Shown in pieces: positions 1 to 11,066 of a stretch of DNA of 64,000 bases. This DNA comes from Haliotis rubra (Eukaryota). Position 1 is the first letter of the stretch; each line of letters begins with the position of its first letter. The stretch spans positions 1,426,001-1,490,000 of the forward strand of contig NW_025766114.1 in the NCBI RefSeq assembly GCF_003918875.1. The letters run 5' to 3'. The notes below the pieces were generated by a model. It saw only the letters and a list, made by a program, of their open reading frames with translations, did no database searches and was not told where the DNA came from. A program made the translations under genes and the position numbers.

Positions 1-132
1 GAATTGGCTTCTGTCTGCCAAAGCTGTGACATACATACAGTTATTGGAACCAGGTCTGGACACAATTCTAACATTGAAGAAATTGTCCTTCTAATTTGGC
101 TTCTTCTGTTCAGAAACTAAAATACATTTGAT

Positions 133-835
133 ATGTTGAAACCATCTCTGAACACAGCTAATGTCCATGATACAATTATCCTTCTTCATTTGCTCCTGTC
201 TTCAGATACTTACGTACCAGTACATTCTTCATGTTGGAACCAGCTCTAATGTCTATGATAGAACGATCCTTCTTCATTTGCTTCTGTCTTCAGACACTGA
301 TGTACGTTCTTCATGTTGGAACCAGCTCTAATGTCTATGATAGAACGATCCTTCTTCATTTGCTTCTGTCTTCAGACACTGATGTACGTTCTTCATGTTG
401 GAACCAGCTCTAATGTCTATGATAGAACGATCCTTCTTCATTTGCTTCTGTCTTCAGACACTGATGTACATTCTTCATGTTGGAACCAGCTCTAATGTCT
501 ATGATAGAACGATCCTTCTTCATTTGCTTCTGTCTTCAGACACTGATGTACATTCTTCATGTTGGAACCAGCTCTAATGTCTATGATAGAACGATCCTTC
601 TTCATTTGCTTCTGTCTTCAGACACTGATGTACATTCTTCATGTTGGAACCAGCTCTAATGTCTATGATAGAACGATCCTTCTTCATTTGCTTCTGTCTT
701 CAGACACTGATGTACGTTCTTTATGTTGGAACCAGCTCTAATGTCTATGATAAAACGATCCTTCTTCATTTGCTTCTGTCTTCAGACACTGATGTACGTT
801 CTTCATGTTGGAACCAGCTCTGTACACAGTTGTAA
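133..835. repeat. 82-bp tandem repeat (~7 near-identical units plus degenerate flanking units)
   Basis: Unit TCTTCATGTTGGAACCAGCTCTAATGTCTATGATAGAACGATCCTTCTTCATTTGCTTCTGTCTTCAGACACTGATGTACGT; near-identical ORFs recur every 82 bp (231, 313, 395, 477, 559, 641). Confidence 0.97.
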
Positions 836-1021
836 TGTCTGTGATAAAATTATCCTCAATAATGTGATTCCTTATCTACTGATTGTAACAAACATTCTAT
901 AAGTCGCATTCTTTGAAATTCCAGCCTTTTGTTATTTACCCTGCACGCCATAGGGACATATAATCCCTTCTCTAAAATATTCACTTTAAGTGAATGAGTA
1001 ACATTCTTTGCAACTTTTAGG

Positions 1022-1143
1022 ATCATAATAGCAGTATCAGGGTGGGGGACACCAGAAATGGGCTTCACACTTTGTATCCATGTTTTGAAGCCAGGTTTTC
1101 AGTGTGACGAGCAAACGCTTTAACCACAAGGTTACCCTACCCT
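1022..1143 (-). mobile_element. SINE family A, degenerate partial copy
   Basis: GGGGGACACCAGAAATGGGCTTCACAC...GTGACGAGCAAACGCTTTAACCAC matches the reverse complement of the 2707-2876 copy. Confidence 0.85.
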
Positions 1144-1194
1144 CATATGCATTATAATTACAGCACCTTGTATTTCATTGATTTTTCTGAGTCA

Positions 1195-1800
1195 TACTAC
1201 TGTGAAAAAAGAAGACTGCCAAAAATAATATCACATGAAGTCATCCTTCCATCCTTAAAGACACAAATGGCAAATACGGTCCTCGAAACATAACCTACTT
1301 GGACCAGTTTCAATTTCCTCTATCAGCCAGAAAAGTCTTCTTAACCTTCCACTCCACAGACAAAATAACCAATTAGGACAAGAACCATACACACTGCAGT
1401 CTCAAGAGTCCGGGAATCCTGGCTCAACACCCATCCTTGAACCACTACAATAGATCATCCCCGATCCTTCAGTCAGTGACACAAATACTCTCCAACACAC
1501 CCTACTTGTTCGTTGAACCGGCCACCAATTGCTCACTCAGCCATGAAACAGATCCTGCCCAATTTAGCATTTACAATACTCCTGACACACTATTGAAAAC
1601 ATGCAGTCATAAAGCGTCTTCCAGTGGCACAATACACTGAAGCTGCTGGTTGATGGATGCCTATGTTAGCATCCACAGTGTTTGGACATCCATCAGGCAT
1701 GTCCTTGTAACAATTCACCAAGGAGCTTCTTCATCCTCGGTTCTGTCAACATCACAATCCGTTGAATGATGCCGACATCTCGGACACGTCCATAAACTCC
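1195..1800 (+). pseudogene. Decayed Penelope-like element fragment (RT C-terminal region / linker)
   Basis: Manual translation gives TTVKKEDCQK*YHMKSSFHP (PLE K.TD...YLH..S.HP motif), HPSLNHYNRSSPILQS and PPIAHSAMKQIL, in the expected order but with stops and frameshifts. Confidence 0.5.
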
Positions 1801-2706
1801 ACCACATCCTTGTGAACATCAATTATCATTATGTCATTTTATATTTCCAATACAACAGGACCGGGCCATATAAAATAACTTTTATTCCTCCATGGCTAAT
1901 GTCACAGGGGAAAGTCAATAAAAGTGTAAATTATTATCGTTGATTTATGTCTGCTTCTCAGTCATAGTCTTGTCAAGGTAGACAGTAGTTAGAACAAATT
2001 TATGTCCCGCGATAGTTTAATGGCTGCGTGGTCAGGGCAGGACATAGAACCATGTCTGTCTCATTGTAAGCTGAAACAAAACAGTGAGTCTTTGGGAGGA
2101 TTGTAATTAACTCAAGGTGTGCTATTACCTACTGCCGTCTCGTTAATGGTTTTCGGTGCAACCTGAAGGTGATTGGAATCGGGTCCATTTGCATCTACGT
2201 GAAGGATTTATGCCACTGAGTGGACCAAGTATTTTCAGTCTGGGTATCAGGTATTTATGGTCTGGCAGTGGTGATCATTTGAGACTGGAAGTGACTGGAG
2301 GTTTCATTTGGAACTTGTAACTATATTTACGGACAATCATTGTTTCCGTTGAGTCTGTCTGCTCGTAATTTAAAATTAATAGGTTTTCTTAGTTGAGGCA
2401 TGGTTTATACACTTCAGTAGTGTAACAACTTTACAATAACAACAGTCTCATGCAACTGTTTCCTTGAAAGAACATGGTCAGCTCAAAAAGTCGATAATCT
2501 ATAGCTCTCTGCCATCATAAACTGATCATGAATTCTCTCCAGCTCCTTGAATTGGCTTGGAGTCTGGCCAGGAGGAATCTCACACACGTTTCAATAATTC
2601 CATGGCAGATTCCATCTCCATGTGTGTCAGTTATTGTTCTGGAAACAAGTCTTGTTCCATGGACAGTGTGCTATATATGTATTGTATATAGACATCCATA
2701 AAAATA

Positions 2707-2876
2707 GGGGCGGTGGGGTAGCCTAGTGGTTAAAGCGTTGGCTCGTCACGCCGAAGACCCGGGTTCGATTCCCCACATGGGCACAATGTGTTAAGCCCAT
2801 TTCTGGTGTCCCCCGCCGTGATATTGCTGGAATATTGCTAAAAGCGGCGTAAAACTAAACTCAGTCAGTCAGTCAG
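2707..2876 (+). mobile_element. SINE family A, full length (tRNA-Asp-like head, (CAGT)n tail)
   Basis: A box TAGCCTAGTGG and B box GGTTCGATTCC; GTCACGCCGAAGACCCGGGTTCGATTCCCC resembles tRNA-Asp(GTC); 12-bp TSD TCCATAAAAATA at 2695-2706 and 2877-2888. Confidence 0.96.
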
Positions 2877-3060
2877 TCCATAAAAATATGAGCTGAGTGA
2901 CAGAGGTCTGAAAGCAACTGCAAATCAAATTGACCAAACCCTTTCCCTGTTCAAATACAATGACAAAATGCAAAGTTAAAAAACCTCTGAATGTACAGAT
3001 AATAAGAAACTGAGAATGGACATAAGAGAAAACTATTTCTACAATCAGAAGAAATCTTGT

Positions 3061-3152
3061 ATGAAATAGTCATGATACCAGGTGTTTGTGAAAAAATGTA
3101 TCCTGCCCAGCATGTGGCTCTGACCACAAACACACGCAAAGGCAAGGCAATT
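3061..3152 (+). repeat. Unclassified dispersed repeat X, copy 1 (others at ~24590-24675 and ~48977-49070)
   Basis: Shared core AAACACA(C/T)GCAAAGGCAAGGCAATT preceded by TAT(C/T)CTGCC in all three places. Confidence 0.7.
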
Positions 3153-3242
3153 ATTCACAAAAAACATGGAGGGCAGAAACAACATGAACAGGTATGGTGC
3201 TGAAAATGAATAATCAATAATCATGAGAATCTGGGATTTGAA

Positions 3243-3401
3243 TGAGTGTGAGTGAGTTTAGTTTTATTCTGCTGTAAGCAGAATTTTAGCAGTATCACCA
3301 TGGGGGACATCAGAAATGAGCTACACACATGCACCCATGTGTGGAATCAAACCCGGATCTTCGGCGTGACGAGTGAACGCTTTAACCACTAGTCCAACCC
3401 T
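3243..3401 (-). mobile_element. SINE family A, diverged
   Basis: Collinear with family A from the (GAGT)n tail to AACGCTTTAACCACTAG. Confidence 0.9.
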
Positions 3402-3591
3402 TATGGTCATGGGAACTCAATAAGACTTCCCTGTTTGTTCAGGGGTTTGCAGTGTTTGTGATGGGTGCCAATGGTTGGTCAGGATAATTAATTCATCACC
3501 AACACTTGCTATCATCAAAACAACATTTCTACAATGACAGGAAATCTCAGGAGAGAGAGCAAAAGAAAAAGAGATGAGTCAGAGAAAAAGA

Positions 3592-3757
3592 CTGACTGAC
3601 TGCGTTTGGTTTTACGCCTCTTTTAGCAATATTCTAGCAATATCACGGCTTGGGACACCAGAAATGGGCTTCACTCATAGTACCAATGTGGGGATTCGAA
3701 CCCGGGTCTTCGGCGTGATGAGCCAACGCTTTAACCACTAGACTACCCCACCGCCCC
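3592..3757 (-). mobile_element. SINE family A, full length
   Basis: Complete head and tail; TSD AGAGAAAAAGA at 3581-3591 and 3758-3768. Confidence 0.95.
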
Positions 3758-4439
3758 AGAGAAAAAGAAAAAGAGGGAGAGATATGAGAGAAAGAGAGAG
3801 ACAGACAGACACTGTCCGTTGTTGCCATCATACTACAGCCTTTACCATGTATAGTCTGCTGTGGACAGCTGAAATATGTCTGACTGTGACATTAACAGTG
3901 TTCCCTTGTTCCTGTGAAGGTTTTACATCTAGTAATCCAGGGATATTTCTGGCAGATAATGAATAATGCTGCAACTGTCAACTCAAGTCTGTCTCTCTTT
4001 GACCCTGTACTCTGCAATTTGTCTTGGTAAGCTAATGAACCCAAGTGACCAGTCCTGTCCACCATTAGTACGACTATAGCCCTGTGCCTCAAGCCAAAAC
4101 ATACATAAAAATCTTAGACTTATATAAGACTCATATATTATGAAAATATTGCCACGGCACTGTAGCTCACCTATACATAAAGTCATAGGCAAATAATAAA
4201 AATCGTTACAGTCAGGAATTGACATTTAAATATAATTACTACTTCAATACTGAGGACTTACATCAAACCCAATGAACTGGACAATAATAGAACAACACAT
4301 TCCTAAGTTCATCTACAACAGTTATATTGGAGGAGAACATTTTAGAGGCAAATTTTCATTTAGAAACAATTTAAGAACATGGTATCAAAACAAAGACTTT
4401 CTTAAGAATATTGCATGAAAACAGAATTTCTGTGTGGAA

Positions 4440-4560
4440 TCACAACTAACTTTATAAGTATCAAATTTTATCCCAGTTTGTGCAAAAATAGTTTCTGAGG
4501 AGAAGATGTTTACAAATGACAAATGACGGAGGATGCTGGAACTTGTCAGCTAAGCTAAAA
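4440..4560. mobile_element. Helentron-associated (HINE-like) element terminus
   Basis: GTTTCTGAGGAGAAGATG...GACGGA...AGCTAAGCTAAAA resembles molluscan HINE ends (recalled similarity). The opposite-orientation end TTTTAGCTCACCTG occurs at ~24223. Confidence 0.45.
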
Positions 4561-4721
4561 GTGTGAGTGCGTGAGTTTTGACACAGTGGTTGACAAAATT
4601 ATCACCACTTGTCATCACTGGTTTACAGTTACCCATTCATGTAATTCTGATCACTTTATTTTACCTTTGACTACCTATGGAATCTGTTTCAATAATTGTC
4701 AGAATATTCTCTGGTTTAACC

Positions 4722-4940
4722 ACCTGTGAAGATCTGGATCAAAGAATGGGCCTTCTGGAACCCATGCTTGTCATAAGAGGTTACTGACGGAATCGGGTGG
4801 TAGGACTTGCTAACATGTCATCTTATCCCAATTGCGTAGATCGATGCTCATGATGTTGATCACTGGATTGTCTGGTCCAGACTCGATTATTCACAGACCG
4901 CCGCCATATAGCTGGTATATTGCTGAGTGCAGCATTGAAC
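4722..4940 (+). mobile_element. SINE-like family B (headless)
   Basis: CCTGTGAAGATC...CCCATGCTTGTCATAAGAGG...GATCACTGGATTGTCTGGTCCAGACTCG...TATTGCTGAGTGC. Confidence 0.9.
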
Positions 4941-5266
4941 TACTGCATCTTAAAGAACTACAACTGAATGACATTAGAATTTACCAGATCAAATTTTGTA
5001 GGTCATCAAGAAGCTCTCCATTCCTCTTTACAATCTGTTTCTAAATGCACTGTGCTTGATATCGTGCCTCCAACATTCAGAACTAATAGATCACAAGCAA
5101 TAAAATTCCCATCATGTCAAAGCTTTCACAAGAATTTCACTTTAGCCTGTAATGAAATTCAATGTTTTAAACATACAAATTTTTAAGAACAGGCAATTGA
5201 CATGTTTATGTCAATCAAACACCTTGGAGGAATGAATAGTTAAAACAAATGATTGCTGAAATTTGA

Positions 5267-5372
5267 GATGGTGATGGATGGTGATGGATGGTGATGTGAT
5301 GGTGATGGTGATGTGATGGTGATGGTGATGGATGCTGATGTGATGGATGGTGATGGTAATGGTGATGGTGTG
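5267..5372. repeat. (GAT/GGT)n low-complexity microsatellite
   Basis: GATGGTGATGGATGGTGATG repeats; source of the His-rich ORF 5215-5424. Confidence 0.9.
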
Positions 5373-5590
5373 GCATTAAACAGAAAAACAAACACATGCT
5401 CATAATATAGTTCAGATTGTACAATCGATTCTGTTCTTAGCAGTGATTTCTTATTGATGGGATTGCTGAATTCCAGGAAGGAAGCACATGATACACATAT
5501 ATATCACATACTGATTAAAATATCCAGTGAGTAAGAAAGTGAAATTGGCTAAGGTTGCTTTAAACTGTTCCCTTGACATTTTACTGCATA

Positions 5591-5760
5591 GCAGGCGGTG
5601 GGGTAGCCTAGTGGTTGAAGCGTTTGCTCATCATGCTGAAGACCACGGGTTCGATTCCCCAAATGGGCACAATGCGTGAAGCCTAATTCTGGGATACCTC
5701 GCTGTGATATTGCTGGAATATTGCTAAAAGTGGTGTAAAACCCAACTCACTCACTCACTA
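5591..5760 (+). mobile_element. SINE family A, full length, (CACT)n tail
   Basis: TSD TTACTGCATA at 5581-5590 and 5761-5770. Confidence 0.93.
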
Positions 5761-5802
5761 TTACTGCATAACTTTTTCTTATTTCATTATCAAAACTTGA
5801 AG

Positions 5803-5965
5803 ATGACCATGGTCTTCCCTGGTTTCTGGTGACCATGGTCTGCTGTGGTGTACCATGGTAGACCATGGGGCGAAATGTTGGTAACCACGGTTTAGCATGG
5901 AAAACCATGGTAATACCATGGTCTACCGTGGTAAGCTGTGGTTGACCATGGTCATTTCAGCTGGG
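5803..5965. mobile_element. ACCATGGT-palindrome-rich non-autonomous DNA element
   Basis: About 10 exact or variant ACCATGGT palindromes; the ends ATGACCATGGTC...GACCATGGTCAT are inverted; right end TTCAGCTGGG. Confidence 0.55.
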
Positions 5966-5989
5966 CACTGACATTCTGCCCTGGCAATG

Positions 5990-6125
5990 AGTTTGCTGTT
6001 TACAACTACACTCAGCCATATTCCAGCATATCTGACAGGGGTCAAATATATTAAAGTCTGGGATAGACAATCCAATGATTGCTACTGTGAGCATCAACCA
6101 ACACTATTGGGATACACTGATATGC
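5990..6125 (-). mobile_element. SINE-like family B, old 3' fragment
   Basis: CACTCAGCCATATTCCAGC...GTCTGGATAGACAATCCAATGATT...TGGGATAC. Confidence 0.7.
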
Positions 6126-6175
6126 AGTTAGAACATCCAATCCTTTGACAAAGTTAGAACGTCCTGTAATTTCAA

Positions 6176-6462
6176 AGGCTGGCGGTCATCGTGTCGGGCA
6201 AATTTTAAAATCAATTTTCTAATTACCACAGTCAATTTTATTTCTCCTCGAAAAAGATTACGTTTTCACAATGACATCGAGGTGTTGTCAAATAAAAAAT
6301 TGCAGTTTTGGAAAACCCCAAGCAAAATTAGCGGCACTGATGCATTGTGAAAACCTTTACATTTCTGATTGGTGTTAGGGTGCAAGGTTTCGCGCACAAT
6401 GAAAAGCATGATCACTTGACCGGTAAAATGTACAAATGATAGGTATTTGAACTGCTAGCCTG
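6176..6462. mobile_element. Possible hAT-like MITE
   Basis: Imperfect terminal inverted repeats (TIRs) AGGCTGGCGGT / ACTGCTAGCCTG; no clear 8-bp TSD. Confidence 0.3.
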
Positions 6463-6676
6463 TCACAATGTCCAGCTGTAAAAAAAGCCAGCAGAAACAC
6501 TGTGTCAAGATCAGGGTCAGTCTGACATACGAATCACAACCATTCTGTCATGCAAAGCTCTAACTTCATTTGGGTCTGAACCTCAACCACCCACACGTTG
6601 AACATCGATGTGAAACTGGACATATGTAGGTTATGTGTGTGACAAATTGTCCTGAAGCTTCAGTTCGCCAATCAGG

Positions 6677-7023
6677 TGGTGGTGGTGGAATTGGGTTTAA
6701 CGTCGTGCTTGAGAATATTTATATTGACGTGCATGCGTGTGTATGTGTATGTGCAGCTGCTTGTACTAGCCCAGACTGAAGCTGGTTTTATAGTGCTAGC
6801 CCACTGAGATACCATGCCACAGTGAAGCATGAATACCCCACTCAGACACATTATACTGACTCCGAGCCGACCAGTCCTTGTTGTACCCATTAATGCCGAA
6901 CGCCAGGCAGGGACCAACAAGTACCATATTTTAACGTGTTTTGGTATGATGCGGTCGGGGATTGAACCCGCGACCTTCCGTACTCCGGGCGGACGCTCTA
7001 ACCACTACACCACGGAGACGGTC
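6677..7023 (-). mobile_element. SINE family C (tRNA head + Meta/MESC-type central domain), full length
   Basis: Head TGGTGTAGTGGTTAGAGC...GGTTCAATCCC; central GGTACTTGTTGGTCCCTGCCTGGCGTTCGGCATTAATGGG...TCAGTATAATGTGTCTGAGTGGGG resembles Meta/MESC SINEs; 12-bp TSD TCGCCAATCAGG at 6665-6676 and 7024-7035. Confidence 0.92.
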
Positions 7024-7059
7024 TCGCCAATCAGGGATTCAAAAGAATTTGTTGAGTAA

Positions 7060-7222
7060 GCTGCAGTGGCCGAGTGGTTTAGATCACTGACTTGTGTGCT
7101 GGCGATTAGGTGCCTTACTGTCAGGTCTGGGTTTGAATCCTGGATGAGACTCAACCCAAAAACCGTACTAGAATCTGTACTTCACTGATAAATGTGTAAT
7201 CCCAAATATAACATATGTTGCA
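7060..7222 (+). mobile_element. SINE family D (tRNA-Leu/Ser-like head)
   Basis: A box TGGCCGAGTGG and B box GGTTTGAATCC; body GACTCAACCCAA...GTACTAGAATCTGTACTT shared with the copy at ~37565-37700. Confidence 0.8.
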
Positions 7223-7544
7223 AAAATGAAAAAGTCTCAATATATATTTCCAACATTTCCATTCTTGATGGATTAGAAAAATTAAAAGATACAAATGAAA
7301 GAACCATACAAAATAATACAACATAACTATTTCTTAACTAAAAATGACAATTGTCTAAATGACTTTTATCTATTTCCAGCCACTGTAAACCTACAATAAA
7401 GGTCAAATACTGATTTCTGAGAAAAAACGAAGAGAATATAATATTAAACAAGAATACTGGTTGACTATTTGCACTTGTACTCATTAAGACTAAAGCTGAT
7501 TTTAGAATGCATGCTCACAGAAATGCCATGCTCCAATTTAACAT

Positions 7545-7690
7545 GGACAACTATTCTGATACAGTTTATTGACTCCGAGCAGACCATTTTCCTGTTTCAT
7601 CCCCTTAATGCCGAGCAAAAGAGAGGGTAATAAATACCGTTTTCTGACGTCTTCTGGTGTGAGGCGGTCAAGGATTAAACCAATGACCTT
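7545..7690 (-). mobile_element. SINE family C, old fragment
   Basis: TGACTCCGAGCAGACC...TTAATGCCGAGC...GGTGTGAGGCGGTCAAGGATT is collinear with 6850-6975. Confidence 0.65.
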
Positions 7691-8076
7691 TTGCTCATCA
7701 AGTCTGGTAGAAAAATAAAAAAATAATATGAAAACACAATTTTAATTAAGGCATATTTCAACTTTCTCACAGAAAACTGTATATTACAGGAGCTAACATT
7801 CAGTCACAACAAAAACTGTAACATTAGCTTTACACTAAAGCTTACTGACAGAACAAATTAACTTATTCCAATTAAAAAGCACTATCATGTCAAAACCTAT
7901 ACCCAGTTTAAACGCAAGTTACTTGTAGTTTTCTGACAGCTGGATCTCTTTAACTTAGAAAAAACAAGGATTGTCAGAAAAACTGTGTCGAGTTCAACAG
8001 AACCTGTGCCTGTCGGGTTACAAACGATATTCCCATTTAACACTGTCAGCACTGGAGGAGGAGGGAATAGAGCAAG

Positions 8077-8212
8077 NNNNNNNNNNNNNNNNNNNNNNNN
8101 NNNNNNNNNNNNNNNNNNNNNNNNNNNNNNNNNNNNNNNNNNNNNNNNNNNNNNNNNNNNNNNNNNNNNNNNNNNNNNNNNNNNNNNNNNNNNNNNNNNN
8201 NNNNNNNNNNNN
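8077..8212. other. Assembly gap
   Basis: N run; its right edge is inside the tail of a minus-strand family A SINE. Confidence 0.99.
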
Positions 8213-8305
8213 TTTAGCAACATTCCAGCAATATCAATTTTGTGGGACATTACAAATGCACTACAGACTTTGTTCCCATGTGGAACAAAAACTCAGGTCT
8301 TCTAG
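8213..8305 (-). mobile_element. SINE family A fragment
   Basis: TTTAGCAACATTCCAGCAATATC...CCCATGTGGAA. Confidence 0.75.
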
Positions 8306-8489
8306 TATTTCTACGTATAATTTTTCAATCATTGCTTCACCATGGCTTTACGTTATTTATTGGGCATGTTTCAACTGAATCATCAGTTGATTTGGAGGAA
8401 GCGTGAGGACAGAGGAGTATATTCACCATCTGGTATAAGACCAGTTGGTGGCCACATGAATACGTGCAAAAACCTAGTTGCGGGTACAG

Positions 8490-8772
8490 CAACATGCAGT
8501 AAACTTGGACAAAGTACTGTGACTATGTGTCCCAGTCCACCCACCTGTGAATGGGTACCTTGTTAGGATGAGAAAGCCACAATAACTCGGTGCGGCTGGT
8601 GGCTGCAAGAGTTGTATACTCCACAGGGAGTTGAGATTGATAATACAATGTACCGTTGAGATTGACACCCGATGATCGAGGGAAAACATACCAGCGCCTT
8701 GAGCATGCACTAGTTGCCTGGATATATGTGCGCTATATAAATATCCTATAATAAAAAAAATAATAATAATAT
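8490..8772 (+). mobile_element. SINE family E (Nin/CORE-like body, L2-type tail), 5' truncated
   Basis: CCCAGTCCACCCACCTGTGAATGGGTACC, ACTCCACAGGGAGTTGAG, tail AGCGCCTTGAGCA...GCGCTATATAAAT followed by (AAT)n. Confidence 0.7.
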
Positions 8773-9047
8773 TCCTGGCTTAATACATGAGACAATACAC
8801 ACAGTAATCTTAATATGTGCAAGCAGAACAGGAAAATAATCTGAATTGTTTCTGGTGATGTTTTATTTCAAATATCAAATCTTCATTGTCCAAGTTTGTT
8901 TATATGTGTATGCTGATACCTGAATTCACTGAGGTGGTAAAATTGTAGAGGGTAGGACCAAACAGCTAACACCATATCCAGTCTAATTCCTGTTGTGTTT
9001 TATTATATGAAGCAATAAGTAATACTAACAAAGAACTATTCAGGGGG

Positions 9048-9213
9048 GTGAGTGAGTGAGTATGGTTTTACGCTGCTTTCAGCAATATTCCATCAATATC
9101 ACGGCGGGAGACACCAGAAATGGGCTTCACACATTGTACCCATGTGGGGAATCGAACCCGGGTTTTCGGCGTGACAAGCCAACGCTTTAGCCATTAGGCT
9201 TCCCCACCGCCTC
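9048..9213 (-). mobile_element. SINE family A, full length
   Basis: 15-bp TSD GAAC(T/C)ATTCAGGGGG at 9033-9047 and 9214-9228. Confidence 0.95.
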
Positions 9214-9854
9214 GAACCATTCAGGGGGAATCATGACCACCAATCATGTTTGCTGATTGTCAAATTTTCATATTTTTCACTCTTGTCGACTCGTCCAAAC
9301 ACTATTGTTGGGCTATTCTGAACAAAAGGTGTGCCAAAAAAGCATATTTGTGGCCAAAGTGTCATTGCTTTGATGGATTGTCATTTGTTTTCAACAGTGG
9401 ACAAGAGGTTGATATAATCTTTCCTCGTTCCTGTTATCAAAATTTGCAAATTATGTTCCGTAACAGGAATGAAGAAAGGGTTAGTGAATCTATAGGTCAG
9501 TACTTTCTATACATATGGGAGTAATGTGTGTGTGTGTGTGTGTATGTGAACAATATCAGGAAGTTTTTGTAAAGAATGAGTTGATGACAATGTCTTGAAA
9601 TTCTAAGAAAATACGGACCCAAATTCCAAATAAGTCAACAAGGTAGCATTTGTTACAACTGTTATTTGAACGGTCAAGACAGTCTGCTCAGGATAACACT
9701 GATAATCAAGTACTATTCCCGGTACAAACAGCAGCAAACAGGATTTGTACTTCCTCAGTATTTTGTGAAATGTTATAGGGACTAATTCAGGACAGCCATC
9801 GTCCAAATATTTAAAAAGTGAAAAACTATGTAGTCAAGACATGTGAGACTTTAT

Positions 9855-10278
9855 TGTAAAATATATATGGCGCTAACCTGTATTCGTAATCACTACTGTA
9901 CATCCTTATCACTACCGCATTGTACATTGACTTGTCAGCCCATTAAGTATTGTAATTGGTCATCCCCCTTGGCCGTGTCTGCCATCACATCAACTGGTCA
10001 AGGAAGTGCTATTGTTTTTTTCTATCTGTCCATTGTTGAGTCGTCGCTTGTCCATTGTTGTCAAAAACTGTATATATACTTAGTATGCTCACATCTATAC
10101 GGTGAAAGGATACGAGTCCGGTACACGACTGTCTGTAGGGACGACCACGAGCAGGAGAATGCCGCTCGTAGGAAACGGGTTGAGCAGGTACTCCGCTCAC
10201 CTTATTTGTGTCTTGTGTATTTGTTTGTCATGTAACTAAAGAAGTTTGAGCTCAACGTATTCCTTCGTCTTGTCAACA
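9855..10278 (+). mobile_element. Possible solo LTR
   Basis: TGT...ACA bounded, CpG-rich ~420-bp block with a polyA-like signal (ACTAAA) about 40 bp before the 3' ACA; no clean TSD. Confidence 0.35.
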
Positions 10279-10401
10279 TATTGTAGGTACACCTCATCTT
10301 AAACATTAGCTAATTCCCCAGTCAACGCATATCCACGCATTGACAGAAACATAAATTGTATTGAAAAATGATACGTTTTAAGATAATTCTGGCAACAAGA
10401 A

Positions 10402-10491
10402 GGCGAAGTGGGGTAGCCTATACTAGCTAGTGGTTAAGGCGTTTGCTCGTCACACGGAAGACAAGGGTTCAATTCCCCACATGGGTACAAT
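10402..10491 (+). mobile_element. SINE family A, 5' half only
   Basis: GTGGGGTAGCC...GCTCGTCACACGGAAGACAAGGGTTCAATTCCCCACATGGGTACAAT, after which similarity stops. Confidence 0.85.
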
Positions 10492-10537
10492 TCTCCGTGA
10501 AGAACCCATCAAATTCAGATAATTTACTGTCACTGTA

Positions 10538-10707
10538 GTGAGTGAGTGAGTGAGTATGGTTTTATGCTGCTTTTAGTAATATTTTAGCAACATCACGGCG
10601 GGGGACACCAGAAATTGGCTTCACACATTGTGCCCATGTGGAGATTCGAACCCGGGGTCTTCGGCGTGACGAGCCAATGCTTTAACCATTAGGCTACCCC
10701 ACCGCCC
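10538..10707 (-). mobile_element. SINE family A, full length
   Basis: 14-bp TSD TTACTGTCACTGTA at 10524-10537 and 10708-10721. Confidence 0.95.
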
Positions 10708-10772
10708 TTACTGTCACTGTAAAGCATGTTGATTGGAATATGTAATATGTAAGATTGGACTTCTTTACTTGC

Positions 10773-11066
10773 ACCATGAAGATCCAGGCCAGAATTGGTC
10801 TTCAGACTTGTAGTCCGAGAGATAAGGCCTGATTTATTTCCCTCAGAGGTCCGAAAGGTTTGAACATTGGTTCCTATGGAAAAATGTGTGAATTTTCAGA
10901 ATATGTAAGTCTTACCAATTGGTGATACATGTCATCATATCCCATTTGCCTGGATAGATGCTCATACTGTTGATCCCTAGATTGTCTGGTCCGGACCAAT
11001 TATTTACAAACTGGTGGCATGTAGCTGGAATACTGCTGAGTGTAGCATTAAACAAACAAACAAACC
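10773..11066 (+). mobile_element. SINE-like family B, interrupted by ~110 bp of unrelated sequence (~10806-10918)
   Basis: CCATGAAGATCCAGGCCAGAATTGGTCTTCAG; resumes at GATACATGTCATCATATCCC and runs to an (AAAC)n tail. Confidence 0.8.

Noticed and set aside
231-835. Six tandem 60-aa ORFs
   Set aside because: Artefact of an 82-bp unit that shifts frame with each copy.
2707-2785. tRNA-Asp gene
   Set aside because: The acceptor stem is not intact, and the head is followed by a SINE body, tail and TSD; the same applies to the other tRNA-like heads.
7897-8378. ORFs spanning the N gaps (also 45602-46390 and 56804-57034)
   Set aside because: Their length is created by Ns; two of the gaps end inside SINE tails, consistent with assembly breaks at microsatellites.
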